Source of the DNA: Eledone cirrhosa
Taxonomy: Eukaryota
Direction: 5' to 3'
Length of the DNA stretch: 64,000 nucleotides
Assembly (NCBI GenBank): GCA_964016885.1
Contig: OZ024750.1
Location: forward strand, 39,060,001-39,124,000
Shown here: positions 1 through 12,716 of the stretch, one piece after another
Layout: each line of letters opens with the position of its first letter
How positions within the stretch are numbered: the stretch's first letter is position 1
The notes under the pieces: model-generated
Databases searched by the model: none
What the model was told of the DNA's origin: nothing
Seen by the model: only the letters and a program-made list of their open reading frames with translations
Made by a program: the position numbers and the translations under genes

Positions 1-3000
1 AGTGCTTCTTGTTAACTATTACCTGGGTACCTCTACGGTGACAGTGCTTCTTGTTAACTATTAACTGGGTACCTCTACGGTGACAGTGCTTCTCGTTAAC
101 TATTACCTGGGTACCTCTACGGTGACAGTGCTTCTTGTTAACTATTACCTGGGTACCTCTACGGTGACAGTGGTTCTTGTTAACTATTACCTGGATACCT
201 CTACGGTGACAGTGGTTCTTGTTAACTATTACCTGGGTACCTCTACGGTGACAGTGGTTCTTGTTAACTATTACCTGGATACCTCTACGGTGACAGTGCT
301 TCTTGTTAACTATTAACTGGGTACCTCTACGGTGACAGTGCTTCTTGTTAACTATTACATGGCTACCTCTACGGTGACAGTGCTTCTTGTTAACTATTAA
401 CTGGGTACCTCTACGGTGACAGTGCTTCTTGTTAACTATTACCTGGATACCTCTACGGTGACAGTGGTTCTTGTTAACTATTACCTGGATACCTCTACGG
501 TGACAGTGGTTCTTGTTAACTATTACCTGGATACCTCTACGGTGACAGTGCTTCTTGTTAACTATTACCTGGGTACCTCTACGGTGACAGTGCTTCTTGT
601 TAACTATTACCTGGATACCTCTACGGTGACAGTGGTTCTTGTTAACTATTACCTGGGTACCTCTACGGTGACAGTGGTTCTTGTTAACTATTACCTGGAT
701 ACCTCTACGGTGACAGTGGTTCTTGTTAACTATTACCTGGATACCTCTACGGTGACAGTGGTTCTTGTTAACTATTACCTGGGTACCTCTACGGTGACAG
801 TGGTTCTTGTTAACTATTACCTGGGTACCTCTACGGTGACAGTGCTTCTTGTTAACTATTACCTGGGTACCTCTACGGTGACAGTGCTTCTTGTTAACTA
901 TAACCTGGATACCTCTACGGTGACAGTGGTTCTTGTTAACTATTACCTGGGTACCTCTACGGTGACAGTGGTTCTTGTTAACTATTACCTGGGTACCTCT
1001 ACGGTGACAGTGCTTCTTGTTAACTATTACCTGGGTACCTCTACGGTGACAGTGCTTCTTGTTAACTATTACCTGGATACCTCTACGGTGACAGTGGTTC
1101 TTGTTAACTATGACCTGGGTACCTCTACGGTGACAGTGGTTCTTGTTAACTATTACCTGGATACCTCTACGGTGACAGTGGTTCTTGTTAACTATGACCT
1201 GGGTACCTCTACGGTGACAGTGCTTCTTGTTAACTATTAACTGGGTACCTCTACGGTGACAGTGCTTCTTGTTAACTATTAACTGGGTACCTCTACGGTG
1301 ACAGTGCTTCTTGTTAACTATTACCTGGGTACCTCTACGGTGACAGTGCTTCTTGTTAACTATGACCTGGGTACCTCTACGGTGACAGTGCTTCTTGTTA
1401 ACTATGACCTGGGTACCTCTACGGTGACAGTGCTTCTTGTTAACTATGACCTGGGTACCTCTACGGTGACAGTGGTTCTTGTTAACTATTACCTGGATAC
1501 CTCTACGGTGACAGTGGTTCATGTTAACTATTAACTGGGTACCTCTACGGTGACAGTGCTTCTTGTTAACTATGACCTGGGTACCTCTACGGTGACAGTG
1601 GTTCTTGTTAACTATTACCTGGGTACCTCTACGGTGACAGTGGTTCTTGTTAACTATTAACTGGGTACCTCTACGGTGACAGTGGTTCTTGTTAACTATT
1701 ACCTGGGTACCTCTACGGTGACAGTGGTTCTTGTTAACAATTACCTGGATACCTCTACGGTGACAGTGGTTCTTGTTAACTATTAACTGGGTACCTCTAC
1801 GGTGACAGTGGTTCTTGTTAACTATTAACTGGGTACCTCTACGGTGACAGTGGTTCTTGTTAACTATGACCTGGGTACCTCTACGGTGACAGTGGTTCTT
1901 GTTAACTATTACCTGGGTACCTCTACGGTGACAGTGCTTCTACTTAACTATTACCTGGGTACCTCTACGGTGACAGTGGTTCTTTTTAACTATTAACTGG
2001 GTACCTCTACGGTGACAGTGGTTCTTGTTAACTATTACCTGGGTACCTCTACGGTGACAGTGGTTCTTGTTAACTATTACCTGGATACCTCTACGGTGAC
2101 AGTGCTTCTTGTTAACTATTACCTGGGTACCTCTACGGTGACAGTGCTTCTTGTTAACTATTACCTGGGTACCTCTACGGTGACAGTGCTTCTTGTTAAC
2201 TATTACCTGGGTACTTCTACCATGACAGTGCTTCTTGTTAACTATTAACTGGGTACCTCTACGGTGACAGTACTTCTTGTTAACTATTAACTGGGTACCT
2301 CTACGGTGACAGTGCTTCTTGTTAACTATGACCTGGGTACCTCTACGGTGACAGTGGTTCTTGTTAACTATTAACGGGGTACCTCTACGGTGACAGTGGT
2401 TCTTGTTAACTATTAACTGGGTACCTCTACGGTGACAGTGGTTCTTGTTAACTATTAACTGGGTACCTCTACGGTGACAGTGGTTCTTGTTAACTATTAA
2501 CTGGGTACCTCTACGGTGACAGTGCTTCTTGTTAACTATTAACTGGGTACCTCTACGGTGACAGTGCTTCTTGTTAACTATTAACTGGGTACCTCTACGG
2601 TGACAGTGCTTCTTGTTAACTATTACCTGGGTACCTCTAAGGTGACAGTGGTTCTTGTTAACTATTAACTGGGTACCTCTACGGTGACAGTGGTTCTTGT
2701 TAACTATTAACTGGGTACCTCTACGGTGACAGTGGTTCTTGTTAACTATGACCTGGGTACCTCTACGGTGACAGTGGTTCTTGTTAACTATTACCTGGGT
2801 ACCTCTACGGTGACAGTGCTTCTAGTTAACTATTACCTGGGTACCTCTACGGTGACAGTGGTTCTTGTTAACTATTAACTGGGTACCTCTACGGTGACAG
2901 TGGTTCTTGTTAACTATTACCTGGGTACCTCTACGGTGACAGTGGTTCTTGTTAACTATTACCTGGATACCTCTACGGTGACAGTGCTTCTTGTTAACTA

Positions 3001-6000
3001 TTACCTGGGTACCTCTACGGTGACAGTGCTTCTTGTTAACTATTACCTGGGTACCTCTACGGTGACAGTGCTTCTTGTTAACTATTACCTGGGTACTTCT
3101 ACGATGACAGTGCTTCTTGTTAACTATTAACTTGGTACCTCTACGGTGACAGTGCTTCTTGTTAACTATTAACTGGGTACCTCTACGGTGACAGTGCTTC
3201 TTGTTAACTATGACCTGGGTACCTCTACGGTGACAGTGCTTCTTGTTAACTATTAACTGGGTACCTCTACGGTGACAGTGGTTCTTGTTAACTATTAACT
3301 GGGTACCTCTACGGTGACAGTGCTTCTTGTTAACTATTAACTGGGTACCTCTACGGTGACAGTGCTTCTTGTTAACTATTAACTGGGTACCTCTACGGTG
3401 ACAGTGCTTCTTGTTAACTATTACCTGGGTACCTCTACGGTGACAGTGTTTCTTGTTAACTATTAACTGGGTACCTCTACGGTGACAGTGGTTCTTGTTA
3501 ACTATTAACTGGGTACCTCTACGGTGACAGTGGTTCTTGTTAACTATTACCTGGATACCTCTACGGTGACAGTGCTTCTTGTTAACTATTACCTGGGTAC
3601 CTCTACGGTGACAGTGCTTCTTGTTAACTATTACCTGGGTACCTCTACGGTGACAGTGCTTCTTGTTAACTATTACCTGGGTACTTCTACGATGACAGTG
3701 CTTCTTGTTAACTATTAACTGGGTACCTCTACGGTGACAGTGCTTCTTGTTAACTATTAACTGCGTACCTCTACGGTGACAGTGGTTCTTGTTAACTATG
3801 ACCTGGGTACCTCTACGGTGACAGTGGTTCTTGTTAACTATTAACTGGGTACCTCTACGGTGACAGTGGTTCTTGTTAACTATTAACTGGGTACCTCTAC
3901 GGTGACAGTGGTTCTTGTTAACTATTAACTGGGTACCTCTACGGTGACAGTGGTTCTTGTTAACTATTAACTGGGTACCTCTACGGTGACAGTGCTTCTT
4001 GTTAACTATTAACTGGGTACCTCTACGGTGACAGTGCTTCTTGTTAACTATTAACTGGGTACCTCTACGGTGACAGTGCTTCTTGTTAACTATTACCTGG
4101 GTACCTCTACGGTGACAGTGGTTCTTGTTAACTATTAACTGGGTACCTCTACGGTGACAGTGGTTCTTGTTAACTATTAACTGGGTACCTCTACGGTGAC
4201 AGTGGTTCTTGTTAACTATGACCTGGGTACCTCTACGGTGACAGTGGTTCTTGTTAACTATTACCTGGGTACCTCTACGGTGACAGTGCTTCTAGTTAAC
4301 TATTACCTGGGTACCTCTACGGTGACAGTGGTTCTTGTTAACTATTAACTGGGTACCTCTACGGTGACAGTGGTTCTTGTTAACTATTACCTGGGTACCT
4401 CTACGGTGACAGTGGTTCTTGTTAACTATTACCTGGATACCTCTACGGTGACAGTGCTTCTTGTTAACTATTACCTGGGTACCTCTACGGTGACAGTGCT
4501 TCTTGTTAACTATTACCTGGGTACCTCTACGGTGACAGTGCTTCTTGTTAACTATTACCTGGGTACTTCTACGATGACAGTGCTTCTTGTTAACTATTAA
4601 CTGGGTACCTCTACGGTGACAGTGCTTCTTGTTAACTATTAACTGGGTACCTCTACGGTGACAGTGCTTCTTGTTAACTATGACCTGGGTACCTCTACGG
4701 TGGCAGTGGTTCTTGTTAACTATTAACTGGGTACCTCTACGGTGACAGTGGTTCTTGTTAACTATTAACTGGGTACCTCTACGGTGACAGTGGTTCTTGT
4801 TAACTATTAACTGGGTACCTCTACGGTGACAGTGGTTCTTGTTAACTATTAACTGGGTACCTCTACGGTGACAGTGCTTCTTGTTAACTATTAACTGGGT
4901 ACCTCTACGGTGACAGTGCTTCTTGTTAACTATTAACTGGGTACCTCTACGGTGACAGTGCTTCTTGTTAACTATTACCTGGGTACCTCTACGGTGACAG
5001 TGGTTCTTGTTAACTATTAACTGGGTACCTCTACGGTGACAGTGGTTCTTGTTAACTATTAACTGGTTACCTCTACGGTGACAGTGGTTCTTCTTAACTA
5101 TTAACTGGGTACCTCTACGGTGACAGTGGTTCTTGTTAACTATTACCTGGGTACCTCTACGGTGACAGTGGTTCTTGTTAACTATTACCTGGATACCTCT
5201 ACGGTGACAGTGGTTCTTGTTAACTATTACCTGGATACCTCTACGGTGACAGTGCTTCTTGTTAACTATTAACTGGGTACCTCTACGGTGACAGTGCTTC
5301 TTGTTAACTATGACCTGGGTACCTCTACGGTGACAGTGCTTCTTGTTAACTATTACCTGGATACCTCTACGGTGACAGTGCTTCTTGTTAACTATTAACT
5401 GGGTACCTCTACGGTGACAGTGCTTCTTGTTAACTATGACCTGGGTACCTCTACGGTGACAGTGCTTCTTGTTAACTATTACCTGGGTACCTCTACGGTG
5501 ACAGTGCTTCTTGTTAACTATTACCTGGGTACCTCTACGGTGACAGTGGTTCTTGTTAACTATTACCTGGATACCTCTACGGTGACAGTGGTTCTTGTTA
5601 ACTATTACCTGGGTACCTCTACGGTGACAGTGGTTCTTGTTAACTATTACCTGGGTACCTCTACGGTGACAGTGGTTCTTGTTAACTATTACCTGGATAC
5701 CTCTACGGTGACAGTGCTTCTTGTTAACTATTACCTGGGTACCTCTACGGTAACAGTGGTTCTTGTTAACTATTACCTGGATACCTCTACGGTGACAGTG
5801 GTTCTTGTTAACTATTACCTGGGTACCTCTACGGTGACAGTGCTTCTTGTTAACTATTAACTGGATACCTCTACGGTGACAGTGCTTCTTGTTAACTATT
5901 AACTGGGTACCTCTACGGTGACAGTGCTTCTTGTTAACTATTACCTGGGTACCTCTACGGTGACGGTGGTTCTTGTTAACTATTACCTGGGTACCTCTAC

Positions 6001-6080
6001 GGTGACAGTGGTTCTTGTTAACTATTACCTGGATACCTCTACGGTGACAGTGCTTCTTGTTAACTATTAACTGGGTACCT
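1..6080. repeat. Left domain: pure 42-bp units rich in TATTAA (C>A), CTGGAT (G>A) and TATGAC (T>G) variants
   Basis: All + ORFs from 80 to 6086 start in the same frame, so there are no frame-shifting indels. Frequent TAA stops come from the TATTAA variant. The first deletion monomer appears only at about 7301. Confidence 0.9.
1760..5050. repeat. Local higher-order repeat with 882-bp (21-unit) and 588-bp (14-unit) spacings
   Basis: Marker GTACTTCTAC[C/G]ATGAC at 2211, 3093, 3681 and 4563 (gaps 882, 588, 882). CTTCTA marker at about 1940, 2822 and 4292. Identical 78-aa ORFs at 2012, 2894 and 4364. Confidence 0.85.
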
Positions 6081-7579
6081 CTACGGTGAGAGTGCTTCTT
6101 ATTAACTATTACCTAGGTACCTCTACGGTGACAGTGCTTCTTGTTAACTATTACCTAGGTACCTCTACGGTGACAGTGGTTCTTGTTAACTATTACCTGG
6201 GTACCTCTACGGTGACAGTGCTTCTTGTTAACTATTACCTGGGTACCTCTACGGTGACAGTGCTTCTTGTTAACTATTACCTGGGTACCTCTACGGTGAC
6301 AGCGCTTCTTCTTAACTATTTCCTGGGTACCTCTACGGTGACAGTGCTTCTTGTTAACTATTACCTGGGTACCTCTACGGTGACAGTGGTTCTTGTTAAC
6401 TATTACCTGGGTACCTCTACGGTGACAGTGCTTCTTGTTAACTATTACCTGGGTACCTCTACGGTGACAGTGCTTCTTGTTAACTATTACCTGGGTACCT
6501 CTACGGTGACAGTGGTTCTTGTTAACTATTACCTGGGTACCTCTACGGTGACAGTGCTTCTTGTTAACTATTACCTGGGTACCTCTACAGTGACAGTGGT
6601 TCTTGTTAACTATTACCTGGGTACCTCTACAGTGACAGTGGTTCTTGTTAACTATTACCTGGGTACATCTACGGTGACAGTGGTTCTTGTTAACTATTAC
6701 CTGGGTACCTCTACGGTGACAGTGCTTCTTGTTAACTATTACCTGGGTACCTCTACGGTGACAGTGGTTCTTGTTAACTATTACCTGGGTACCTCTACGG
6801 TTGCAGTGCTTCTTGTTAACTATTACCTGGGTACCTCTACGGTGACAGTGCTTCTTGTTAACTATTACCTGGGTACCTCTACGGTGACAGTGGTTCTTGT
6901 TAACTATTACCTGGGTACCTCTACGGTGACAGTGCTTCTTGTTAACTATTACCTGGGTACCTCTACGGTGACAGTGCTTCTTGTTAACTATTACCTGGGT
7001 ACCTCTACGGTGACAGTGGTTCTTGTTAACTATGACCTGGGTACCTCTACGGTGACAGTGGTTCTTGTTAACTATTACCTGGGTACCTCTACGGTGACAG
7101 TGCTTCTTGTTAACTATGACCTGGGTACTTCTACGGTGACAGTGGTTCTTGTTAACTATTACCTGGGTACCTCTACGGTGACAGTGGTTCTTGTTAACTA
7201 TTACCTGGGTACCTCTACGGTGACAGTGGTTCTTGTTAACTATTACCTGGGTACCTCTACGGTGACAGTGCTTCTTGTTAACTATTACCTGGGTACCTCT
7301 ACAGTGACAGGTTCTTGTTAACTATTACCTGGGTACCTCTACGGTGACAGTGCTTCTTGTTAACTATTACCTGGGTACCTCTACGGTGACAGTGCTTCTT
7401 GTTAACTATTACCTGGGTACCTCTACGGTGACAGTGGTTCTTGTTAACTATTACCTGGGTACCTCTACGTTGACAGTGCTTCTTGTTAACTATGACCTGG
7501 GTACCTCTACGGTGACAGTGGTTCTTGTTAACTATTACCTGGGTACCTCTACGGTGACAGTGCTTCTTGTTAACTATTA

Positions 7580-8600
7580 CCTAGGTACCTCTACAGTGAC
7601 AGGTTCTTGTTAACTATTACCTGGGTACCTCTACGGTGACAGTGCTTCTTGTTAACTATTACCTGGGTACCTCTACAGTGACAGGTTCTTGTTAACTATT
7701 ACCGGGTACCTCTACGGTGACAGTGCTTCTTGTTAACTATTACCTGGGTACCTCTACAGTGACAGGTTCTTGTTAACTATTACCTGGGTACCTCTACGAT
7801 GACAGTGCTTCTTGTTAACTATTACCTGGGTACCTCTACAGTGACAGGTTCTTGTTAACTATTACCTGGGTACCTCTACGGTGACAGTGCTTCTTGTTAA
7901 CTATTACCTGGGTACCTCGTCAGTGACAGGTTCTTGTTAACTATTACCTGGGTACCTCTACGGTGACAGTGCTTCTTGTTAACTATTACCTGGGTACCTC
8001 TACAGTGACAGGTTCTTGTTAACTATTACCTGGGTACCTCTACGGTGACAGTGCTTCTTGTTAACTATTACCTGGGTACCTCTACAGTGACAGGTTCTTC
8101 TTAACTATTACCTGGGTACCTCTACGGTGACAATGCTTCTTGTTAACTATTACCTGGGTACCTCTACAGTGACAGGTTCTTGTTAACTATTACCTGGGTA
8201 CCTCTACGGTGACAGTGCTTCTTGTTAACTATTACCTGGGTACCTCTACAGTGACAGGTTCTTGTTAACTATTACCTGGGTACCTCTACGGTGACAGTGC
8301 TTCTTGTTAACTATTACCTGGGTACCTCTACAGTGACAGGTTCTTGTTAACTATTACCTGGGTACCTCTACGGTGACAGTGCTTCTTGTTAACTATTACC
8401 TGGGTACCTCTACAGTGACAGGTTCTTGTTAACTATTACCTGGGTACCTCTACGGTGACAGTGGTTCTTGTTAACTATTACCTGGGTACCTCTACAGTGA
8501 CAGGTTCTTGTTAACTACTACCTGGGTACCTCTACGGCGACAGTGCTTCTTGTTAACTATTACCTGGGTACCTCTACAGTGACAGGTTCTTGTTAACTAT
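7580..8600. repeat. 82-bp dimer sub-array: 42-bp unit alternating with 40-bp unit (ACAGTGACAGGTTC), 13 cycles
   Basis: ACAGTGACAGG at 7593, 7675, 7756 and then every 82 bp to 8576. One cycle is 81 bp owing to a 1-bp deletion, and the 7920 copy carries extra substitutions. Confidence 0.93.
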
Positions 8601-11600
8601 TACCTGGGTACCTCTACGGTGACAGTGCTTCTTGTTAACTATTACCTGGGTACCTCTACGGTGACAGTGGTTCTTGTTAACTATTACCTGGGTACCTCTA
8701 CGGTGACAGTGGTTCTTGTTAACTATTACCTGGGTACCTCTACGGTGACAGTGCTTCTTGTTAACTATTACCTGGGTACCTCTACGGTGACAGTGCTTCT
8801 TGTTAACTATTACCTGGGTACTTCTACGATGACAGTGCTTCTTGTTAACTATTAACTGGGTACCTCTACGGTGACAGTGCTTCTTGTTAACTATTAACTG
8901 CGTACCTCTACGGTGACAGTGGTTCTTGTTAACTATGACCTGGGTACCTCTACGGTGACAGTGGTTCTTGTTAACTATTAACTGGGTACCTCTACGGTGA
9001 CAGTGGTTCTTGTTAACTATTAACTGGGTACCTCTACGGTGACAGTGGTTCTTGTTAACTATTAACTGGGTACCTCTACGGTGACAGTGGTTCTTGTTAA
9101 CTATTAACTGGGTACCTCTACGGTGACAGTGCTTCTTGTTAACTATTAACTGGGTACCTCTACGGTGACAGTGCTTCTTGTTAACTATTAACTGGGTACC
9201 TCTACGGTGACAGTGCTTCTTGTTAACTATTACCTGGGTACCTCTACGGTGACAGTGGTTCTTGTTAACTATTAACTGGGTACCTCTACGGTGACAGTGG
9301 TTCTTGTTAACTATTAACTGGGTACCTCTACGGTGACAGTGGTTCTTGTTAACTATGACCTGGGTACCTCTACGGTGACAGTGGTTCTTGTTAACTATTA
9401 CCTGGGTACCTCTACGGTGACAGTGCTTCTAGTTAACTATTACCTGGGTACCTCTACGGTGACAGTGGTTCTTGTTAACTATTAACTGGGTACCTCTACG
9501 GTGACAGTGGTTCTTGTTAACTATTACCTGGGTACCTCTACGGTGACAGTGGTTCTTGTTAACTATTACCTGGATACCTCTACGGTGACAGTGCTTCTTG
9601 TTAACTATTACCTGGGTACCTCTACGGTGACAGTGCTTCTTGTTAACTATTACCTGGGTACCTCTACGGTGACAGTGCTTCTTGTTAACTATTACCTGGG
9701 TACTTCTACGATGACAGTGCTTCTTGTTAACTATTAACTGGGTACCTCTACGGTGACAGTGCTTCTTGTTAACTATTAACTGGGTACCTCTACGGTGACA
9801 GTGCTTCTTGTTAACTATGACCTGGGTACCTCTACGGTGGCAGTGGTTCTTGTTAACTATTAACTGGGTACCTCTACGGTGACAGTGGTTCTTGTTAACT
9901 ATTAACTGGGTACCTCTACGGTGACAGTGGTTCTTGTTAACTATTAACTGGGTACCTCTACGGTGACAGTGGTTCTTGTTAACTATTAACTGGGTACCTC
10001 TACGGTGACAGTGCTTCTTGTTAACTATTAACTGGGTACCTCTACGGTGACAGTGCTTCTTGTTAACTATTAACTGGGTACCTCTACGGTGACAGTGCTT
10101 CTTGTTAACTATTACCTGGGTACCTCTACGGTGACAGTGGTTCTTGTTAACTATTAACTGGGTACCTCTACGGTGACAGTGGTTCTTGTTAACTATTAAC
10201 TGGTTACCTCTACGGTGACAGTGGTTCTTCTTAACTATTAACTGGGTACCTCTACGGTGACAGTGGTTCTTGTTAACTATTACCTGGGTACCTCTACGGT
10301 GACAGTGGTTCTTGTTAACTATTACCTGGATACCTCTACGGTGACAGTGGTTCTTGTTAACTATTACCTGGATACCTCTACGGTGACAGTGCTTCTTGTT
10401 AACTATTAACTGGGTACCTCTACGGTGACAGTGCTTCTTGTTAACTATGACATGGGTACCTCTACGGTGACAGTGCTTCTTGTTAACTATTACCTGGATA
10501 CCTCTACGGTGACAGTGCTTCTTGTTAACTATTAACTGGGTACCTCTACGGTGACAGTGCTTCTTGTTAACTATGACCTGGGTACCTCTACGGTGACAGT
10601 GCTTCTTGTTAACTATTACCTGGGTACCTCTACGGTGACAGTGCTTCTTGTTAACTATTACCTGGGTACCTCTACGGTGACAGTGGTTCTTGTTAACTAT
10701 TACCTGGATACCTCTACGGTGACAGTGGTTCTTGTTAACTATTACCTGGGTACCTCTACGGTGACAGTGGTTCTTGTTAACTATTACCTGGGTACCTCTA
10801 CGGTGACAGTGGTTCTTGTTAACTATTACCTGGATACCTCTACGGTGACAGTGCTTCTTGTTAACTATTACCTGGGTACCTCTACGGTAACAGTGGTTCT
10901 TGTTAACTATTACCTGGATACCTCTACGGTGACAGTGGTTCTTGTTAACTATTACCTGGGTACCTCTACGGTGACAGTGCTTCTTGTTAACTATTAACTG
11001 GATACCTCTACGGTGACAGTGCTTCTTGTTAACTATTAACTGGGTACCTCTACGGTGACAGTGCTTCTTGTTAACTATTACCTGGGTACCTCTACGGTGA
11101 CGGTGGTTCTTGTTAACTATTACCTGGGTACCTCTACGGTGACAGTGGTTCTTGTTAACTATTACCTGGATACCTCTACGGTGACAGTGCTTCTTGTTAA
11201 CTATTAACTGGGTACCTCTACGGTGAGAGTGCTTCTTGTTAACTATTACCTAGGTACCTCTACGGTGACAGTGCTTCTTGTTAACTATTACCTAGGTACC
11301 TCTACGGTGACAGTGGTTCTTGTTAACTATTACCTGGGTACCTCTACGGTGACAGTGCTTCTTGTTAACTATTACCTGGGTACCTCTACGGTGACAGTGC
11401 TTCTTGTTAACTATTACCTGGGTACCTCTACGGTGACAGCGCTTCTTCTTAACTATTACCTGGGTACCTCTACGGTGACAGTGCTTCTTGTTAACTATTA
11501 CCTGGGTACCTCTACGGTGACAGTGGTTCTTGTTAACTATTACCTGGGTACCTCTACGGTGACAGTGCTTCTTGTTAACTATTACCTGGGTACCTCTACG

Positions 11601-12716
11601 GTGACAGTGCTTCTTGTTAACTATTACCTGGGTACCTCTACGGTGACAGTGGTTCTTGTTAACTATTACCTGGGTACCTCTACGGTGACAGTGCTTCTTG
11701 TTAACTATTACCTGGGTACCTCTACAGTGACAGTGGTTCTTGTTAACTATTACCTGGGTACCTCTACAGTGACAGTGGTTCTTGTTAACTATTACCTGGG
11801 TACATCTACGGTGACAGTGGTTCTTGTTAACTATTACCTGGGTACCTCTACGGTGACAGTGCTTCTTGTTAACTATTACCTGGGTACCTCTACGGTGACA
11901 GTGGTTCTTGTTAACTATTACCTGGGTACCTCTACGGTTGCAGTGCTTCTTGTTAACTATTACCTGGGTACCTCTACGGTGACAGTGCTTCTTGTTAACT
12001 ATTACCTGGGTACCTCTACGGTGACAGTGGTTCTTGTTAACTATTACCTGGGTACCTCTACGGTGACAGTGCTTCTTGTTAACTATTACCTGGGTACCTC
12101 TACGGTGACAGTGCTTCTTGTTAACTATTACCTGGGTACCTCTACGGTGACAGTGGTTCTTGTTAACTATGACCTGGGTACCTCTACGGTGACAGTGGTT
12201 CTTGTTAACTATTACCTGGGTACCTCTACGGTGACAGTGCTTCTTGTTAACTATGACCTGGGTACTTCTACGGTGACAGTGGTTCTTGTTAACTATTACC
12301 TGGGTACCTCTACGGTGACAGTGGTTCTTGTTAACTATTACCTGGGTACCTCTACGGTGACAGTGGTTCTTGTTAACTATTACCTGGGTACCTCTACGGT
12401 GACAGTGCTTCTTGTTAACTATTACCTGGGTACCTCTACAGTGACAGGTTCTTGTTAACTATTACCTGGGTACCTCTACGGTGACAGTGCTTCTTGTTAA
12501 CTATTACCTGGGTACCTCTACGGTGACAGTGCTTCTTGTTAACTATTACCTGGGTACCTCTACGGTGACAGTGGTTCTTGTTAACTATTACCTGGGTACC
12601 TCTACGTTGACAGTGCTTCTTGTTAACTATGACCTGGGTACCTCTACGGTGACAGTGGTTCTTGTTAACTATTACCTGGGTACCCCTACGGTGACAGTGC
12701 TTCTTGTTAACTATTA

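Noticed and set aside
1-42. Identity with known 41-42-bp satellites (human satellite 1A, chicken CNM)
   Set aside because: Only the length is similar. This monomer is about 45% GC and lacks the strong AT-richness or phased A/T tracts of those families. A database search is needed for a firm answer.
1105-1123. TAACTATGAC...GGTAC similarity to the large-subunit rRNA helix-69 region (I-CeuI/I-PpoI/R2 target area)
   Set aside because: Only about 10 bp match and only in a minor variant. The CTTAAGG core and spacing are absent, so chance is sufficient.
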